This document shows positions 9,514 to 22,380 of a DNA stretch of 64,000 nucleotides, in pieces. Each line of letters opens with the position of its first letter. Position 1 is the stretch's first letter. The stretch is from positions 1-64,000 of the forward strand of contig CAVSGI010000004.1 of NCBI GenBank assembly GCA_963727445.1, written 5' to 3'. Below the pieces are notes generated by a model, which was given only the letters and a program-made list of their open reading frames with translations, was not told the origin of the DNA and ran no database searches. Source of the stretch: an uncultured delta proteobacterium. Its GTDB lineage: Bacteria; Myxococcota_A; Polyangia; Polyangiales; B10-G4. The translations under genes and the position numbers were made by a program.

Positions 9514-12500
9514 CGGGCCGCCCCTGCCCGCGCCCGCGCGTCGAAGTGGACGTCGCTGAGCGCGAACTGGAAGAGATCTCTGGCCTCGGTGACGCGCGAC
9601 ATCGCGGCGACGCGCTGCGAGGTCGGCAGCGAGAACGCCTCGTCCTGTCCCGCGAGCCGAAGGAGCGCGGACACCGCCGCTGGCAGCGCTCCAGTGGCGA
9701 GAAGCGCCGAGCGGTCGCCGAGCTCGCAGGCCATGAGCCCGAGCCGAGCCGGGTCGAAGCCGTGGGTGCCCGCCATCTCCATCACGAGAGGCTGGAGCGG
9801 CTCGCGGATCCTGCGATTGAGGGCCTTGCCCATCCTCTTGGCGGCAGCGTCGAGCTCCGCAGCGTCGAAGCCGGCCGCGGTGTACATCGGATCGTAGGAG
9901 CGGATGAGGCCCGCGATGGCGAGGGCGAGATCCCGCGGCTGGGAGCGCGCCGGAACCACGAGGTCGTTCTTCGCGATCTTCGCCGCGCGCGCCAGGAGGA
10001 AGCGCCTCTCGTGCTCGCTCGCGCGCTGGTAGATGTCGCTTCCCACGAGCACCGTGAAGGGGCTCTTGGCCACCGGGACGCACACCCGCGGCGCGGTGCT
10101 CGTGACCTGGATCTGCGGCTCGTCGAGCCCGAACCAATGGGCCACGTCCTTCCCGGCCGCGGCCCAGGTGTTGTTGCGTCCGGAGACCCGCTCCGCTCTC
10201 ACCGAGCGGCTGTCGTAGGGGAGGTTCTTCTCGAAAGCTTCGGCCGCCATCTCGAAGATCGCGCGCGCGGCGCGAGGGATGGTCTGGCTCGCGATGATCT
10301 CGTCCAGCTCATCACTCGACGCGCCCATCCCCGCGCCCGGCACGGCGCCGTGGGCGTCGACGAGCCCGGCGATTTGATCCGATTGGATTCCGATGGTCGT
10401 CGCCGCAGAGGCCACCACGCGAGCCGCGTCCGTGCGCCCGCGCCACCCGAGCACTTCGGTCAGACCCGCCCAGGCCGCCGAGTCGGTGGGATCGGTGTCA
10501 ATCGCATGTCGGAAGTCGGAGACGGCGCGGTTGAGGTGCATCGACAGCGCCTGCGGGGCGTTCTGTCGTTGATAGAGCTCCGCGAGGCCCTCGAGCACCA
10601 CGAGGTCCACGGGGGCGTTGCGTCGCGTCTGCTCGAGCACCTTCTCGGCGCCGCGGGAATCGCCCTGGCGCTCGAGGCTCGCCGAGAGGCGAAGGCGATG
10701 GTCTCGGTTGGCGTCCGGGTCGAGCTCGTTATCGGCGAGCATCTTCAGCATCTCGACCGACTTGCCGAGCTCGTTCTCCCGCTCGTAGAGGTCCGCGAGG
10801 CGCTCCATCGCTTCGACGTCCGTCGGCAGCAGCTTGAGCACCCGGCGATAGGCGGCCTCTGCGCGGCGCGTGTCCGGCATGTGCTGGTCGTAGATGCTGC
10901 CGAGGGTGAAGAAGACCCAGCGCAGCTCCTCGCGATCCTTGCGGACCCGGGCCAGGCGGATCAGCGACTCGGCGGCGCCGCGGTAATCCTGGTCGGCCAG
11001 GCAGAGCTCGGCGAGCTTCTTGAGCGCGTCGGCGTTCTCGCCCTCGAAGGAGAGCGCCGCGCGAAGCGCTTCCTTGGCGCCGGTCTGATCGCCCATCTGC
11101 TCGCGGAGTGAAGCGACGCGGCTCTGGAGCTCTGCGAGGACGGTGACGTCGCCGCCTGCGGCGACGCGACGCTCGGTGAGGGTGGCGAGCCCCTCCTTGT
11201 CTCCGGCGTTTTCGAGAATTGCGCGATAGCGCTCGAAGAGAATCCGCGTGGGTGACGTTCGCTTGAGCGGCCTCGGCGTAGACCACCGCGGCCTGGTCCG
11301 GAAGCGCGAGCTCGTCTTCGAGGACGACGCCGGCCTCGTAGAAGAGGCGGGCCCTGAGGTCGGGGGTCGCGGCGGCTCGGCCCGCGAGCTCGAATGCGCG
11401 CGCCGTTCCCTCGTGGTCTTCCTTCAGGCGGAAGAGCTCGGCGAGGGCGCGCGCAGCCTCGAGATGGCCGGGCGCCGCGGCGACCGCCGGATCGAGGAGC
11501 TCGATCGCCTCGTCCAGCTTCTTCTCAGAAGCCAGCGCCTCCGCTGCCCGAAGCGCTGCCTCTGCGCGCTCTAGATCGCCCGAGGCGAGTCGCGCGAGGG
11601 CGACGGTGGCCTTGGTCACGACTGCGCGTTCCCCTACTGCCCGGGCCGCCGCGATGGCGTGATTCGCGAGCCAGAGGTTCGGCTCGCCGCGGCGAGCGGC
11701 CTCCACCAAGGTCTCGTCCGCTGCGTCGCCTGCCGCATCGCTCGGCGCGAGCGCGAGCCGCGCGGCGAGTCGGGCGTGCGCGGCGATCTCCGGGCCCTCC
11801 GGCAGGTGCTGAACGAATGCCTTCTCGATCTCGAGGAGCTCCTCGTGGCGCGACTGATCCATGAAGTAGCGCTCGAGTGCGCGCAGGCTCGCCAGGTGCC
11901 CGGGCGCCACCTCGAGGATGGACTGCAGAGACAGCACGGCGCTCGCAGGGTCGGAGCGCTCGTGCAGGTCGAGATCGGCCAGCGCCTGCAGGGCTTGCAC
12001 CCGGGATTCGTCGTCCTCCGCGGCCTTCACCGCGTCGAAGCGGCGCGAGGCGACACGCGAGACCTCACCGGCCACGGTCTCGCTCTGGTCGAGCGCGCGC
12101 TGTGCGAGTGGGTCCTGGCCTTCGTGCTCCTCGAGCACGCGCCGGTAGATCGCGGATGCCTCCCCCGGCTCTCCGCCGTCCGCGAGGATGGCGGCGGCGC
12201 GCAGGAGCATCGCGCGGCGTACCTTCGTGGACGCTTTCTCGGCTCCATCACAGAGCAGCGCCGCTTTCTGCGCAGGCGCGAAGCTCTCCGACGAGCGCAG
12301 CGCGAGCTCCACCAGGATGCCGTCCTCGGGAACCGCGTCCCGCGCGCGGTCCAGCAGCGCACCGGCGCCGGCGGGGATCCGCTTGCGCCGAGAGGAGCGC
12401 CGCGCGGACATAGCGTCCGCCCTGCTCCACGGGATCGCTGGCGGCCTGTGCCAACTGGATGTTGAGAGAAGCGAGGGCGTCGGCGTCGCCACGAGCCCGG

Positions 12501-15500
12501 ATGAGGGGCTCGAGGGCCCACGCCGCCGGACCATAGGCGGGGACCGCGGCGAGCGCGCGCTCGAAGGCGTCATCCGGCTCCTGACCCGCGTTCGCGAGCA
12601 GATCGCCGGCGGCCACCGCAGCGAAGGCGGCGCGACCCTCGGTCGCCGCCGCTGCCTCTTCGAGCCAACATTGCGCGGCCTGTGCGGGTGAGCTCGCCTG
12701 GGTCTGCCGCGCGAGCGTCCGAAGCACGACGGGACTACCCTGGCGTACTTCGCGTGCCTGCTCGAGGAGCGCCTCGGCGACGGCGGCATCGCCGCGCACG
12801 CGCGCCTCGGCCGCCAGGCAGAGCAGGGGTCCCAGCTTCTGTTCGCCACTGGCGCGCTCTACTTCGCGGCCGAGACCGGAGAGGATCGCGTCCGCGTCCG
12901 ACGCGGCGGTGGCGAAATCCAACGCGATGACGTCGGCGGTCGCGGGCGCGTCCCCTTCCTGTTGCGCCTTCTCGAGGAGCGCCCGTTCGCGGGCGGTGCC
13001 ATCGGTCTCGAGGACGGCCTTGGCGGCCGAGATCGACGCCGTCCCCGCCAGCCCTTCGTCGGCGCGTGCGAGGCTCGACCCGCTCCCCGCGCGGCGCGAC
13101 AGGAGCTCGCGCACGAGGCGGATCATGTTGAGGTTGTTGTCGGCGAGTGCTGCGTCCCGGAGCGCGGCGGCCGCGCCTTCGAAGTCGCTCTGGTCTGCGC
13201 GGATCTCCGCGAGGGTGGTGAGCGCGAGCGCGCGCTCGGTGCCGCCCGCGGCGGCGGCCCACGCTTCGATCGCGCCGGCCCGGGCGCCTGGGTCGCCCGC
13301 GTCTCGCGCTGCATCCGCGCGCGCGCGGTGGGCGAGCACACCCTTGGCGTCGAAGAGGAGCGCCGTCGCGTGAGGCGGACGCTTGCCCATGAGATGGACG
13401 ATGCGCGCGGACGCGCGGCGGTAGGCCTCGGCGAGGGGCGACTCGCCCGCGTGCTCACCCGCGCGGGCGGTGGCGATGACCGTCGCATCGAGGTCCTTGG
13501 CGGCCCGCTGTGCGCGCGCGAGCCCGAGCATCGCGTCGAAAGCGTCGGGGTCTGCCTCGGTGGCCTGAGCGAAGACCTCGAGGGCCTTGTCGTTGCGGCC
13601 GGCCCTCTCCGCCGCGAGCCCCACGAAGGACAGGAGCGCGGAGCGCGGTCCCCCGTCCTCCCAGCTCGCCGCCGCCTTCTCCACCGCGGTCAACGCCTCG
13701 GCGTCGCGGCCCAGCGCGAGCCCGGTCTCGGCGAGGAGGAGCGCTGCGGAGACCGAGCTTCGGTCCAGGCCCAGGGCGGAACGCGCCGATTTCTGCGCCG
13801 CCTCGGCGTCGCCCTGACGCGTGAGCTGGATCTCGGCGAGGAGCGTGAACGCTGCGGCGCGCGCCTCGCTCGACAGAGGCAGATTCGTCTCCTCTTCGAG
13901 GAGCGCCGCGGCGGCCTGCCACTCGCCGCGCTGCAGCGCGTCGCGACGCAGCGCCCGGAGCGCCACGACGTCGGAGGGGTCGGCGTCGTGGGCGTCGCGG
14001 TAGAGATCCGTCGAGTGCTCGGCCTCGCCCAGCTGCTCGCAGAGCTCGGCGGTGGCCACGAGGAGCCTCGCTTTGGCCGCACCCTCTGCGCCTTCGGCGA
14101 GGGTACGAAGGAGCTCTCGGCGCGCGTGCATCGCGTCGATGTCCCGTCCGACGAGTGGATAGAACTCGCGGCGCGGCTTGCGATAGCGGACGGTTCGCGC
14201 AGCCGCCTGGGCACCCGCATCCTCCGGCGGAATGATCGAAGCAGACGCGGCCGGCGCTTCGCTCGCGGGTGCGAAGCCGAGCTGCGTGCTCTCGTCGTCG
14301 ATGTAGTCGAAGCCGTCGTCGTCGTAGTCGTCGAGGTCGTCGAGGTCGCTCAGATCGCCAGTGGCTTCCCCGACCACGATGTCGGGCTCGTCATCGTCGT
14401 CCGAGGCCGTGGGGAGCGGGGGGGGACCACTCCCTCGGCCCGATTTGAGCGCATCGAGCTCGGGAAGCGGCGCGACGCGGGTGGGGAGGATGTCGTCGTC
14501 GTCCTCGTCCTCGTCGTGCGCGCCGGGCAGGGGCGGCGGCTTGCTTCCCCGCGTCGCTTCGAGCGCATCGAGCTCGGGAAGCGGCGCGACGCGGGTCGGC
14601 AGGACATCGTCGTCCTCGTCCTCATCGCCGAAATCGACGAGGGTCGCATCCGCCGCGGCCAGGGGGTCTGGCTCGCGCCGCGGATCCGGAGAGAGACGAC
14701 TCTCGTTGGTCGAGGCGTCGGTCGGCCCAATCTCCTGAAGGTTGACGACGGGCGTTCTCTCGTCCGCCTCCTCGGATGCGGCAGGCGCGATGCGGCGCGG
14801 CTTGATGCGCGCGACCACGGCGCCTGGCGGCGGCGCGGGCTCGTCGGGTCGCGCCCTGCCGAGCAGGGGGGGCGGCTTGGCCGGCGCCTTCGGTTTCGCG
14901 CCGGGCGGAGGCTTGGGCTTGAAGGGCGACTTCGGAAGGGGAGGCGGCTTGCCTGCGGGCGACGCACCCTTGGGCGCCGGGGGCTGATAGGGCCTCTTGG
15001 GCGCGCGCGGCGTTCTGGGTTTCGGCGGCGGAGGCGCCCAGGGCTTGCGCGCGGGGGGCTTGGCAGCGGCGGGCTCGGCTTTCGCGGGCGCTTTGGGTGC
15101 AGGCGCGACGGGCGCCTTGGCCGGGGCGGGGGCGGGCGCCGGCACCGGCTCGGGGTCCTTCATCTCGAGCCCATCGAGGAGGGCGTCGATGTCCATTTCG
15201 TCGAAGCCGGCGTCCTGCTTCGTCTGGTCGGCCTCGAGCGCTTCGAGGAGCTTCTTCGGAGGGTCGCTGAGGCGCGTCTCCTCCATGTCGCCGTACTCAC
15301 TGTCGAAGTCGAAGAGGCTGCTCGTGCCCGGGGTGGACTGTCGACCCGCGTCCTCTTCGGTGTCGTCCGGCTCCTTTGGTCGGTAGATCGGCTGCTTGGG
15401 CGCGCCGGCGCCTTCCCCCTGGGGCTTGCTCTGACGCTCTTCGATCTCCGCCTCGAGCTCCTGGAGCGCGTCGTCCCACTCCAGGCCCTCACGGGGGTCC

Positions 15501-15532
15501 GGCGTCGGATCGTCGTCCTTCAAGTCGCTCAC
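9510..15532 (-). CDS. Giant TPR-repeat protein with Pro/acidic disordered N-terminus (~2000 aa), frameshifts at ~12378 and ~11245
   Basis: TPR-like helical repeats (ADPSDVVALRAL, APGHLASLRAL, LPTDVEAMERL) join ORFs 12248-15532, 11245-12378 and 9510-11245. The GTG start overlaps the upstream TGA. Confidence 0.85.
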
Positions 15533-18500
15533 GCCGACACCCCCAAGCGCCCGCGCACGTCTCGCGCGTGGTCCGAGAGCCAGAACGTGATCAGAATCGC
15601 GTGCGGCGTTGCTGCCGAGCGCCCGCTCGGCGCCGACGTCGCGGCCGAGGATCGCTTCGAGCACGACGCCGAGCTCGCCCGCCGCGAGGAGGCCGGCACG
15701 CAGCGCGGCGATGTGCGCTGCCTCGCAGAAGTCGGGGACGCCCACGCCCGCGTCGGGGATCCGCGTCGCGATCGGCGCCACGGCTTTGCGGACCCGTCGC
15801 GGCATCTTCTTGCCGACTGCTTTGGTGAGCTCGGCGAGCCCGGTGCGCGATTGGCCTGCGAGGAGCGCCGAGTCTCCGGCCGCGGCGGCGGCGTAGAGAA
15901 TGGTGGCCGCGTCGTCAGGGGTGCGCAGGACGACGGGGAGGATGCCCTCCGCCATGGCGAACGCGAGCTGACCCACGAGGAAGCGGGACTTCACGTCGAG
16001 CGCCTCGGGGATGGCGGTGCCGACGACCCAGGTGGGGCCCTTCTTGCCCGGCATCGTCGCGACGCCGCGTGCGTCCGGCCCGCCCACGTAGAGGTCGACG
16101 ATGTCCGAGCCGAAGGCGTGTGCCCATGCCGAGACGGTGTTGCGGAGCAGGCTCTCCTGCTTGGGGCTCACGAGCTCACCGCGCCCCACCTGGTAGCTCG
16201 CGGGCGACAGCCAATCCAGCTCCGCGACCGATTCCCACACCAGCGCGGAGAGCGCCGCGCTGGCGGGCTCCTTCCGCGGCCATAGATCGGTTCGCCACTC
16301 GGCTTCGATGACGCCGCTGGGCGCCTTCACCACGCGCTCGAGGAGCTGGCCCCGGTGTCGCTCCTCCTCCGGTGTCGCTTCCCCGACGGCGAAGAGGACG
16401 TCGAGCGCCCGGTACATGAGGTCGGTGTCTCCCCGCCATTCGGCCGCCCGGAAGAGCTTGCGCAGCGCGGTGGGATCGGTCGGCGTGTGCGCGAGCTCGT
16501 TGCGCACCGAGCGCTCGAAAGACTTCGAGAGCACCTCGCGCTCGTTCGAGTTGTCGATGAGCGCGATCAATCCCTCGGCGGCTTCGAGGTCGGTCGGCGA
16601 CGCGACCAGTGCATCACGGAGCGGACGCGCGGCGGCGTTGGCGTCGCCCAGCTCGTCGCGAAGGATCCACGCCGCGCGGCGCAGGACGTCGGCCTTTGCC
16701 GCGCCCTCGGTGACCTCCGCGGCACGGAGCAGCGCATCGACGGCCGCTTGCCAGCGCTGTGCCCGCTCCGCGATGGCCGCCATGCGGCCGAAGAGGTTCG
16801 CGTCGCCGAGGCCGAGCTCGGTGAGCGTCTCCAGCTCCGCCAGCGCGGCTTCGGGATCGCCGAGCTTCTTCTCGAGGAAGTCCGCCGCGCCGAGACGCGA
16901 GAGCTTCTTTTGAGAGAGCGGAACGTCCTCGCAGGAAGCGAGGGCTCTGAGGGATTCGACCGCCTGCTCCCACTGTCCGAGCGAGACCGAGAATCTCCAC
17001 GGAGAGGGCGAGGCCGCCGACGTGATTCTCCTCGAGCAACAAGAGGTTCTCGAGGGCGCCCTTTGCGCCTTCCCGGTCGCCCTGGCTGCGCAAGAGGCGC
17101 GCCTGCTCGTAGTAGAGCCTGCTGAGCTCCGCCGGGTCGTCGAGGGCGTCGATGCGCGCGGTCACGATCTGGAGCAGCCCCTCCGTGTCGCCCCGCTCCG
17201 CCAAGAGATCGTGCAAGCGATAGAAGGCGATGGGCCGCGCGACGTCGACGTCGACGCAGACACGCAGCCGTTCTTCGGCCTCTCGATCTCGGCCGAGCTC
17301 ATCCATCAGGACCGCCGCGCCCTCCTCGAGGAGCTGCGCCTTGAAGTCGCCTTCGAGTCGCGCCGCGAGCTCGTCGCAGGCGCGCACCACCTCTTCCCAA
17401 TGGTCGACCTCGCGCGCAGCCACGCGCAGCGCTTCCCAGCTCGCCAGGTCTTCGCTGTCCTTCGACAGCACGCGCCGCAGGCGTCGAATGGCGTCGTCCG
17501 GGCGCCCGGCCGCGACGAGCGCCCGACCGACTGCGGCCTCGAGGGGGCCGCCGCTGCGGTTGCCGGCGTGCACCAGGCGGGCGCTGAGGGCTTCGACCCG
17601 GGACTCCGCGTCGTCGCCCGCGGCGAGCGTTTCGTCGAGGGCCACGGCGGACGCGGCGGCATCGGGCGTCGCCGCGCCGATCTCCTGCGCCAGGAGGAAT
17701 GCGTCGTCGACGGCTTCGTCGCCCTGCGCGACGAGCTTCGCGCGTAGCGCCGTGAGGATCAGCGCGGCGCGCGTCCCGGGATCCTCGGCGGCGTTGGCGA
17801 GGCTCACCCACGCGTCCGCGCGCGCCGTGAGATCCGCAGCGCCGCCGCCGGTGGAGACGATGCGTCCCCAGGCGCCGCCCGCGTCGTTTGGCGCAGCGTC
17901 GAGGAGTCGAGTCGCCGCCTCTTCGGCGGCACCGACGTCGCTGCGCTTGTAGAGGCCTTCGGCGACGATGCCCCGGAGCAGGCCCACCGTCGCGGGTCCC
18001 TCCTGCGCGCTACCGAGCAGCTTCAGGTACGCATCGATGCGCGAGCGGGGGTCGACGCTGCTCGCGGGTGCGAGGGAGAGCGCGACCGCCGCGTTCACCG
18101 CCACCGACGGGCCATCGAGGGCGGCGCGATAACGAGACTCCGCGAGCTCTGGCTTGTCGGCGACCAGATCGTAGTGCTCGGCCAGCTCAAGGGTGGCCCA
18201 GCCCGGCTCGCCAGCGCCGAGCTCTCGCTCCGACAGCCCCTCGCGCGCGCGCAGGAGAAGGTCCCCGTCGCCCGAACGGAGCGCCAGCCGGCGCAGCGCC
18301 AAGAGGGGCGAGAGCCCGGTGGGATCGGCGTCGACCGCCTGCTCGTAGGTCTTGGCAGCGAGCTTCGGGTCCTGACTCGCTTCGGCCGCGGCGCCCGCGA
18401 GGAGGAGGTTCATCTCCGCAGCCTTGGCGCCGGCCTGCGCTTCCGCCGCGTCACGCAGGAGCTTCACCGCTTCTTCCGCTTCACCGCGCGCGATCAGGAG

Positions 18501-20327
18501 CTCCTCGAGCAGGGCCACCGCGTAGCGATGTCCAGGAGAGCGCTCGAGCGCCTCGCGGAGCCTCGCCACCGCTGCGTCCTGATCGCCGGCGCGGATCGAG
18601 GCGCGCGCCGCGCCACAGAGGTGTGCCGCCGCCGTCTCCTCTTCGAGCGCGCGACCCGCGAGGGCGACGTGCGCTCGCGCGAGGAGCGCCTCGTTGCCCG
18701 CGCGCGCGGCGTGAATGCGCGCGAGGTCCGGCGCCCATCCGATGCACGCTTCGACTTCGAGCGCTTCGGTGAGCACCGAGTCGGCGCTCTCTTCGTCGCC
18801 GAGCTCGTAGCGCAGCAGATGGTGCAGGTCGTACCAGAGCGCAGAGCGCTCCTCTTCGTCGACGGGCAGAAGGCGTAGGACGCGCAGCGCGTCGCGCGCC
18901 GCGTCCCAGGCGCCGTGACGAATCGCCGTGCCGTAGAGGTCGCGCAGCACCGTGACCTTGTCTTCGGCGAGCGCGATCGCGCGCTCGAAGTAGGCACGAG
19001 CGCGGGGGAAGTCGTGGAGGTCCTCGGCGGCGATGCGCGCGCCGCGCCAGAACGCGGCGACCCGCGCTTCGTTCGGTAGCTCGCGTGACTCTCCCCGCGC
19101 TTCGAAGGCCGCGAGGCGCTCGGCGTGATTGCCCGTGTCGAGGAGGAGGTCGTCGAGCATGGCGACCACGACGGCGGAGCCGGGGTCGGCGTCGAGCGCC
19201 GCGCGCAGCTCGCGCGTCGCCCCGTTCACGTCGCCGCCCGCCTGGGCGATCTCGGCCAGCCGGAAGTGGAGCTGGGCCGCAAAACGACCTTCCGCACCGT
19301 GCGAAAGGAGCCGTTGCGCTTCGGCGGCGGCGCTGTCGAGATCACCGGCGATCTCGCACGCCAACAGATGTTGCTGGTGAAGCAGGACGTCGTCGGGTCG
19401 GATGGTGAGCGCTTGCGCGAGCGATTGCGCTGCGCCGAGGGCATCGCCGTGAGCGAGTCGCAGCCGCGCCGCTTCGTAGAGCAGGGCGGCCGCTTCGGCG
19501 CCCGCCTTCTGCTCGGTCGCGAAGCGCGTGACGCTGAAGGCGCCCGAGCCCTGCCCGCGATCTTCGCCGCGCGCCGCCGCGAGCGCCAGCACCGCCTGTC
19601 CTTCGAGCGCCGGGACGAGATCCTCGGTTCGCTCGTGGGTCCGGGCCAGACGTTCCATCTGCGAGAGCGCGCGGAAACGACCCTGAGGCAACGCGACCGC
19701 GCGGCGGATGGTCTCGAAGGCCTCGTCCAGCTCACCGCGCTCCGCCTGGTCCCAGGCCAGCTCCGTGTAGAGCAGGCTCTTGAGCATCGGATCGGCGACT
19801 TGCTCTGCCCGGATGGCGAGGACGCGCGTGACGAGGTCTGGGTCCGCCGCGGCGCGTCCGTCGAGCTCGAGCATCAGCGCGGCGTCGAGGGAGGTGGGGT
19901 CGGCCTTGGTGGCTTCGACCAGGGTCGTCAGTGCCCCGGCGCGGTCCCCGTTCTGATCGGCGCTCAGCACCGCCTGGTCGATCAACGCCGAGGCACGGTC
20001 GCGCCCGCTCTGAGCGCTCTTGGCTTCGGCTTCGTAGAGCCGGCCCAGGTTGGCGAAGCTGCGGCGTCGTTCGAAAAGTCGCGCGAGAGCGAAGAGGGGC
20101 GGGCGAAAGGTCGGGTCGTGGTTGAACGCTTCGAGGTAGTCCTTCACCGCGGCGGGATCGTTGCCAAGGCGCTCGTGCAGGACGCCGATCTCGTGGAGCA
20201 GCGCCGCCTTCTGAGAGGCGTCCTTTGCGGCTTCGACCTCCGCGCGGAGGGACGAAAGGCGCGCCTGGGAAGCGGCGTGCGCATCAGCCGATGGGGGTCC
20301 ATCCATGGGGGGCTGGGGTGTGGTCAT
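15529..20327 (-). CDS. Giant TPR-repeat protein (~1600 aa), frameshifts at ~16990 and ~15595
   Basis: TPR repeats (DPTFRPPLFAL, SPGHRYAVALL, ENHVGGLAL). The C-terminus ...FWLSDHARDVRGRLGVSA* is recovered in a shifted frame. Confidence 0.85.
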
Positions 20328-20484
20328 CGGTGCGCTGGCGCCACGCGATCGCCGCGATCACGCGCGCGCGTACCATAACCGATCCCTGGGGGGCCTTTGA
20401 AGCCCGAGAGTGACCGATTTCCGCGAGGTTAGACCTGCGAGCGGGCGTGGGGCGGCCGAAAGTGGGGCCCATTCCCCCGCTCGG

Positions 20485-20694
20485 TCAGCCCTCGTCTTCG
20501 CTCGGTTCCTCGACCCGCAGGAGCCACACGGCGGCAATCGGGAACACCCGGCCTTCACCGAAGCGGATTTCCAGGGCCCCGTCCTCGGCGGGCCCGACGA
20601 CCTGGCCGCTCATCATCCGGGCATAGCTCGGCAGGGTATGGGGGCAGTCCCCGCGCACCTTCACCCAGTCTCCCGGCTCGAGGTCGTCGGCCAC
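20485..20694 (-). CDS. Small hypothetical protein (SH3/KOW-like beta pattern)
   Basis: 69 aa reading LEPGDWVKV...GQVVG...LEIRF, with a GGAG RBS upstream of the GTG. Confidence 0.55.
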   Translation of the reverse strand: MADDLEPGDWVKVRGDCPHTLPSYARMMSGQVVGPAEDGALEIRFGEGRVFPIAAVWLLRVEEPSEDEG

Positions 20695-20803
20695 GAAACG
20701 ATTCTCCCCCCTTTGTGCCCCTCGTCACCTTTGTTGCGGACCGCAGCTCCGACGGCCCCGCCAGTTGACCCCGGCGCGGCGCCGCGCCACCCTCCGGCCC
20801 CCC

Positions 20804-22361
20804 ATGATCGAGCGGCCGACAGTCGCGCTCGGGAGCGCTTTCAGCCTCGACGACCTGCACGCCATCGGCGCGGGGCGGTTCGGGATTTCTCTGGGGGAGG
20901 AGGCCCGGGCGCGGGTGATCGCCGCCTCCGAGCTGGTGGAGCGCCTCTCCTCCGCCGGTGACGACGCGCCGAACGTCTACGGCGTGAACACCGGCTTCGG
21001 CGCCCTCGCCGAGACCCGCGTCGCCGCGGAGCAGATGCGGGCCCTGCAGCGCAATCTCGTGTTGAGCCATTCGTGCGGCGTCGGCGAGCCGCTCCCCCCA
21101 CCCGCCGTGCGCGCGATGATCGCGCTGCGCGCCCAGACGTTGGCCCTCGGATGCAGCGGCGTCCGGCCTCAGGTGATCGAAGCACTGGTCGCGCTCCTCG
21201 ACGCCGACGTGATCCCGCGGATCCCCAGCCAGGGTTCGGTGGGGGCGAGCGGTGACCTCGCGCCCCTGGCGCATCTGGCGTCGGTGCTGATCGGCGAAGG
21301 GGAGGCCTTCGTCGACGGCGTGCTCTTCTCGGGCGCCGACGCGCTCGCGAAGCGCGGGCTCGCGCCGCTCACGCTGGGCGCGAAGGAAGGGCTCGCGCTG
21401 ATCAACGGGACGCAGATGATGGTCGCCATCGGCGGGCTCGCCATCGTCGAAGCGGAGCGTCTCGCGACCCTCGCCGACGTGATCGGGGCGATGAGCCTCG
21501 AAGCGCTCGAGGGCTCGTCGCGGCCTTTCGACGAGCGGATCCAGGCGGTGCGCCCGCATCCGGGGCAGGCCGGGAGCGCGGGCAACCTGCGCGCGCTCCT
21601 CGCGGAGTCGGGAGATCGCGGAGAGCCATCGCGACTGCAAGAAGGTGCAGGACCCGTACTCGCTCCGCTGCATGCCGCAGGTGCACGGCGCGACGCGTGA
21701 CACGCTGGTCTTCGCGCGGACCACCCTCGAGCGGGAGATCCTCGCCGTCACCGACAATCCGCTCATCTTCGTGGGCGAGGATGGAAACGCCGACGTGATC
21801 AGCGGCGGCAACTTCCACGGGCAGCCGGTGGCCATCGCCCTCGACGCGGCCACGATCGCCGTCGCCGAGCTCGCGAACGTGAGCGAGCGCCGCGTCGAAC
21901 AGCTGGTCAATCCCGCCATGTCGAGTGGCCTGCCGCCCTTCCTGGCGCCGCGCACGGGCCTCGACTCGGGCTTCATGATGGCGCAGGTCACCGCCGCGGC
22001 GCTCGTGAGCGAGAACAAGGTCCTCGCCCACCCGTCGAGCGTCGACTCCATCCCGTCGTCGGCCGGCAAGGAGGACCACGTCTCCATGGGCAGCATCTCT
22101 AGCCGCAAGCTGGCCCAGGTCGTCACCCACGTCCGCCGCGGCCTCGCGATCGAAGCCCTCGTCGCCGCCCAGGGCCTCGACCTTCGCAAGCCGCTCACCC
22201 CGGCCCGCGGCGTCGCCGCCGCCCACGCCGCCGTCCGTGAAGCGGTCCCCACTCTCACCGAGGACCGCGCCCTCTACCGCGACATGGAAGCCGTCGAGCG
22301 CATCCTCGAAGACGGCACGCTGATCGCGAAGGTCGAAGAGGCAATCGGCGCGCTCGTTTGA
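20804..22361 (+). CDS. hutH: Histidine ammonia-lyase, frameshift at ~21611
   Basis: [11 protein letters not shown] motif [34 protein letters not shown] and EDHVSM. Confidence 0.95.
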
Positions 22362-22380
22362 AGCGCGGCATCGGTAGGGA

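Noticed and set aside
12962..16285. 1107-aa plus-strand ORF and similar antisense ORFs throughout the window
   Set aside because: Shadow ORFs opposite real genes, as expected from high GC3 codon bias.
21600..21625. Programmed frameshift in hutH
   Set aside because: A single extra G in a short G run with no slippery heptamer, matching the window-wide error pattern.
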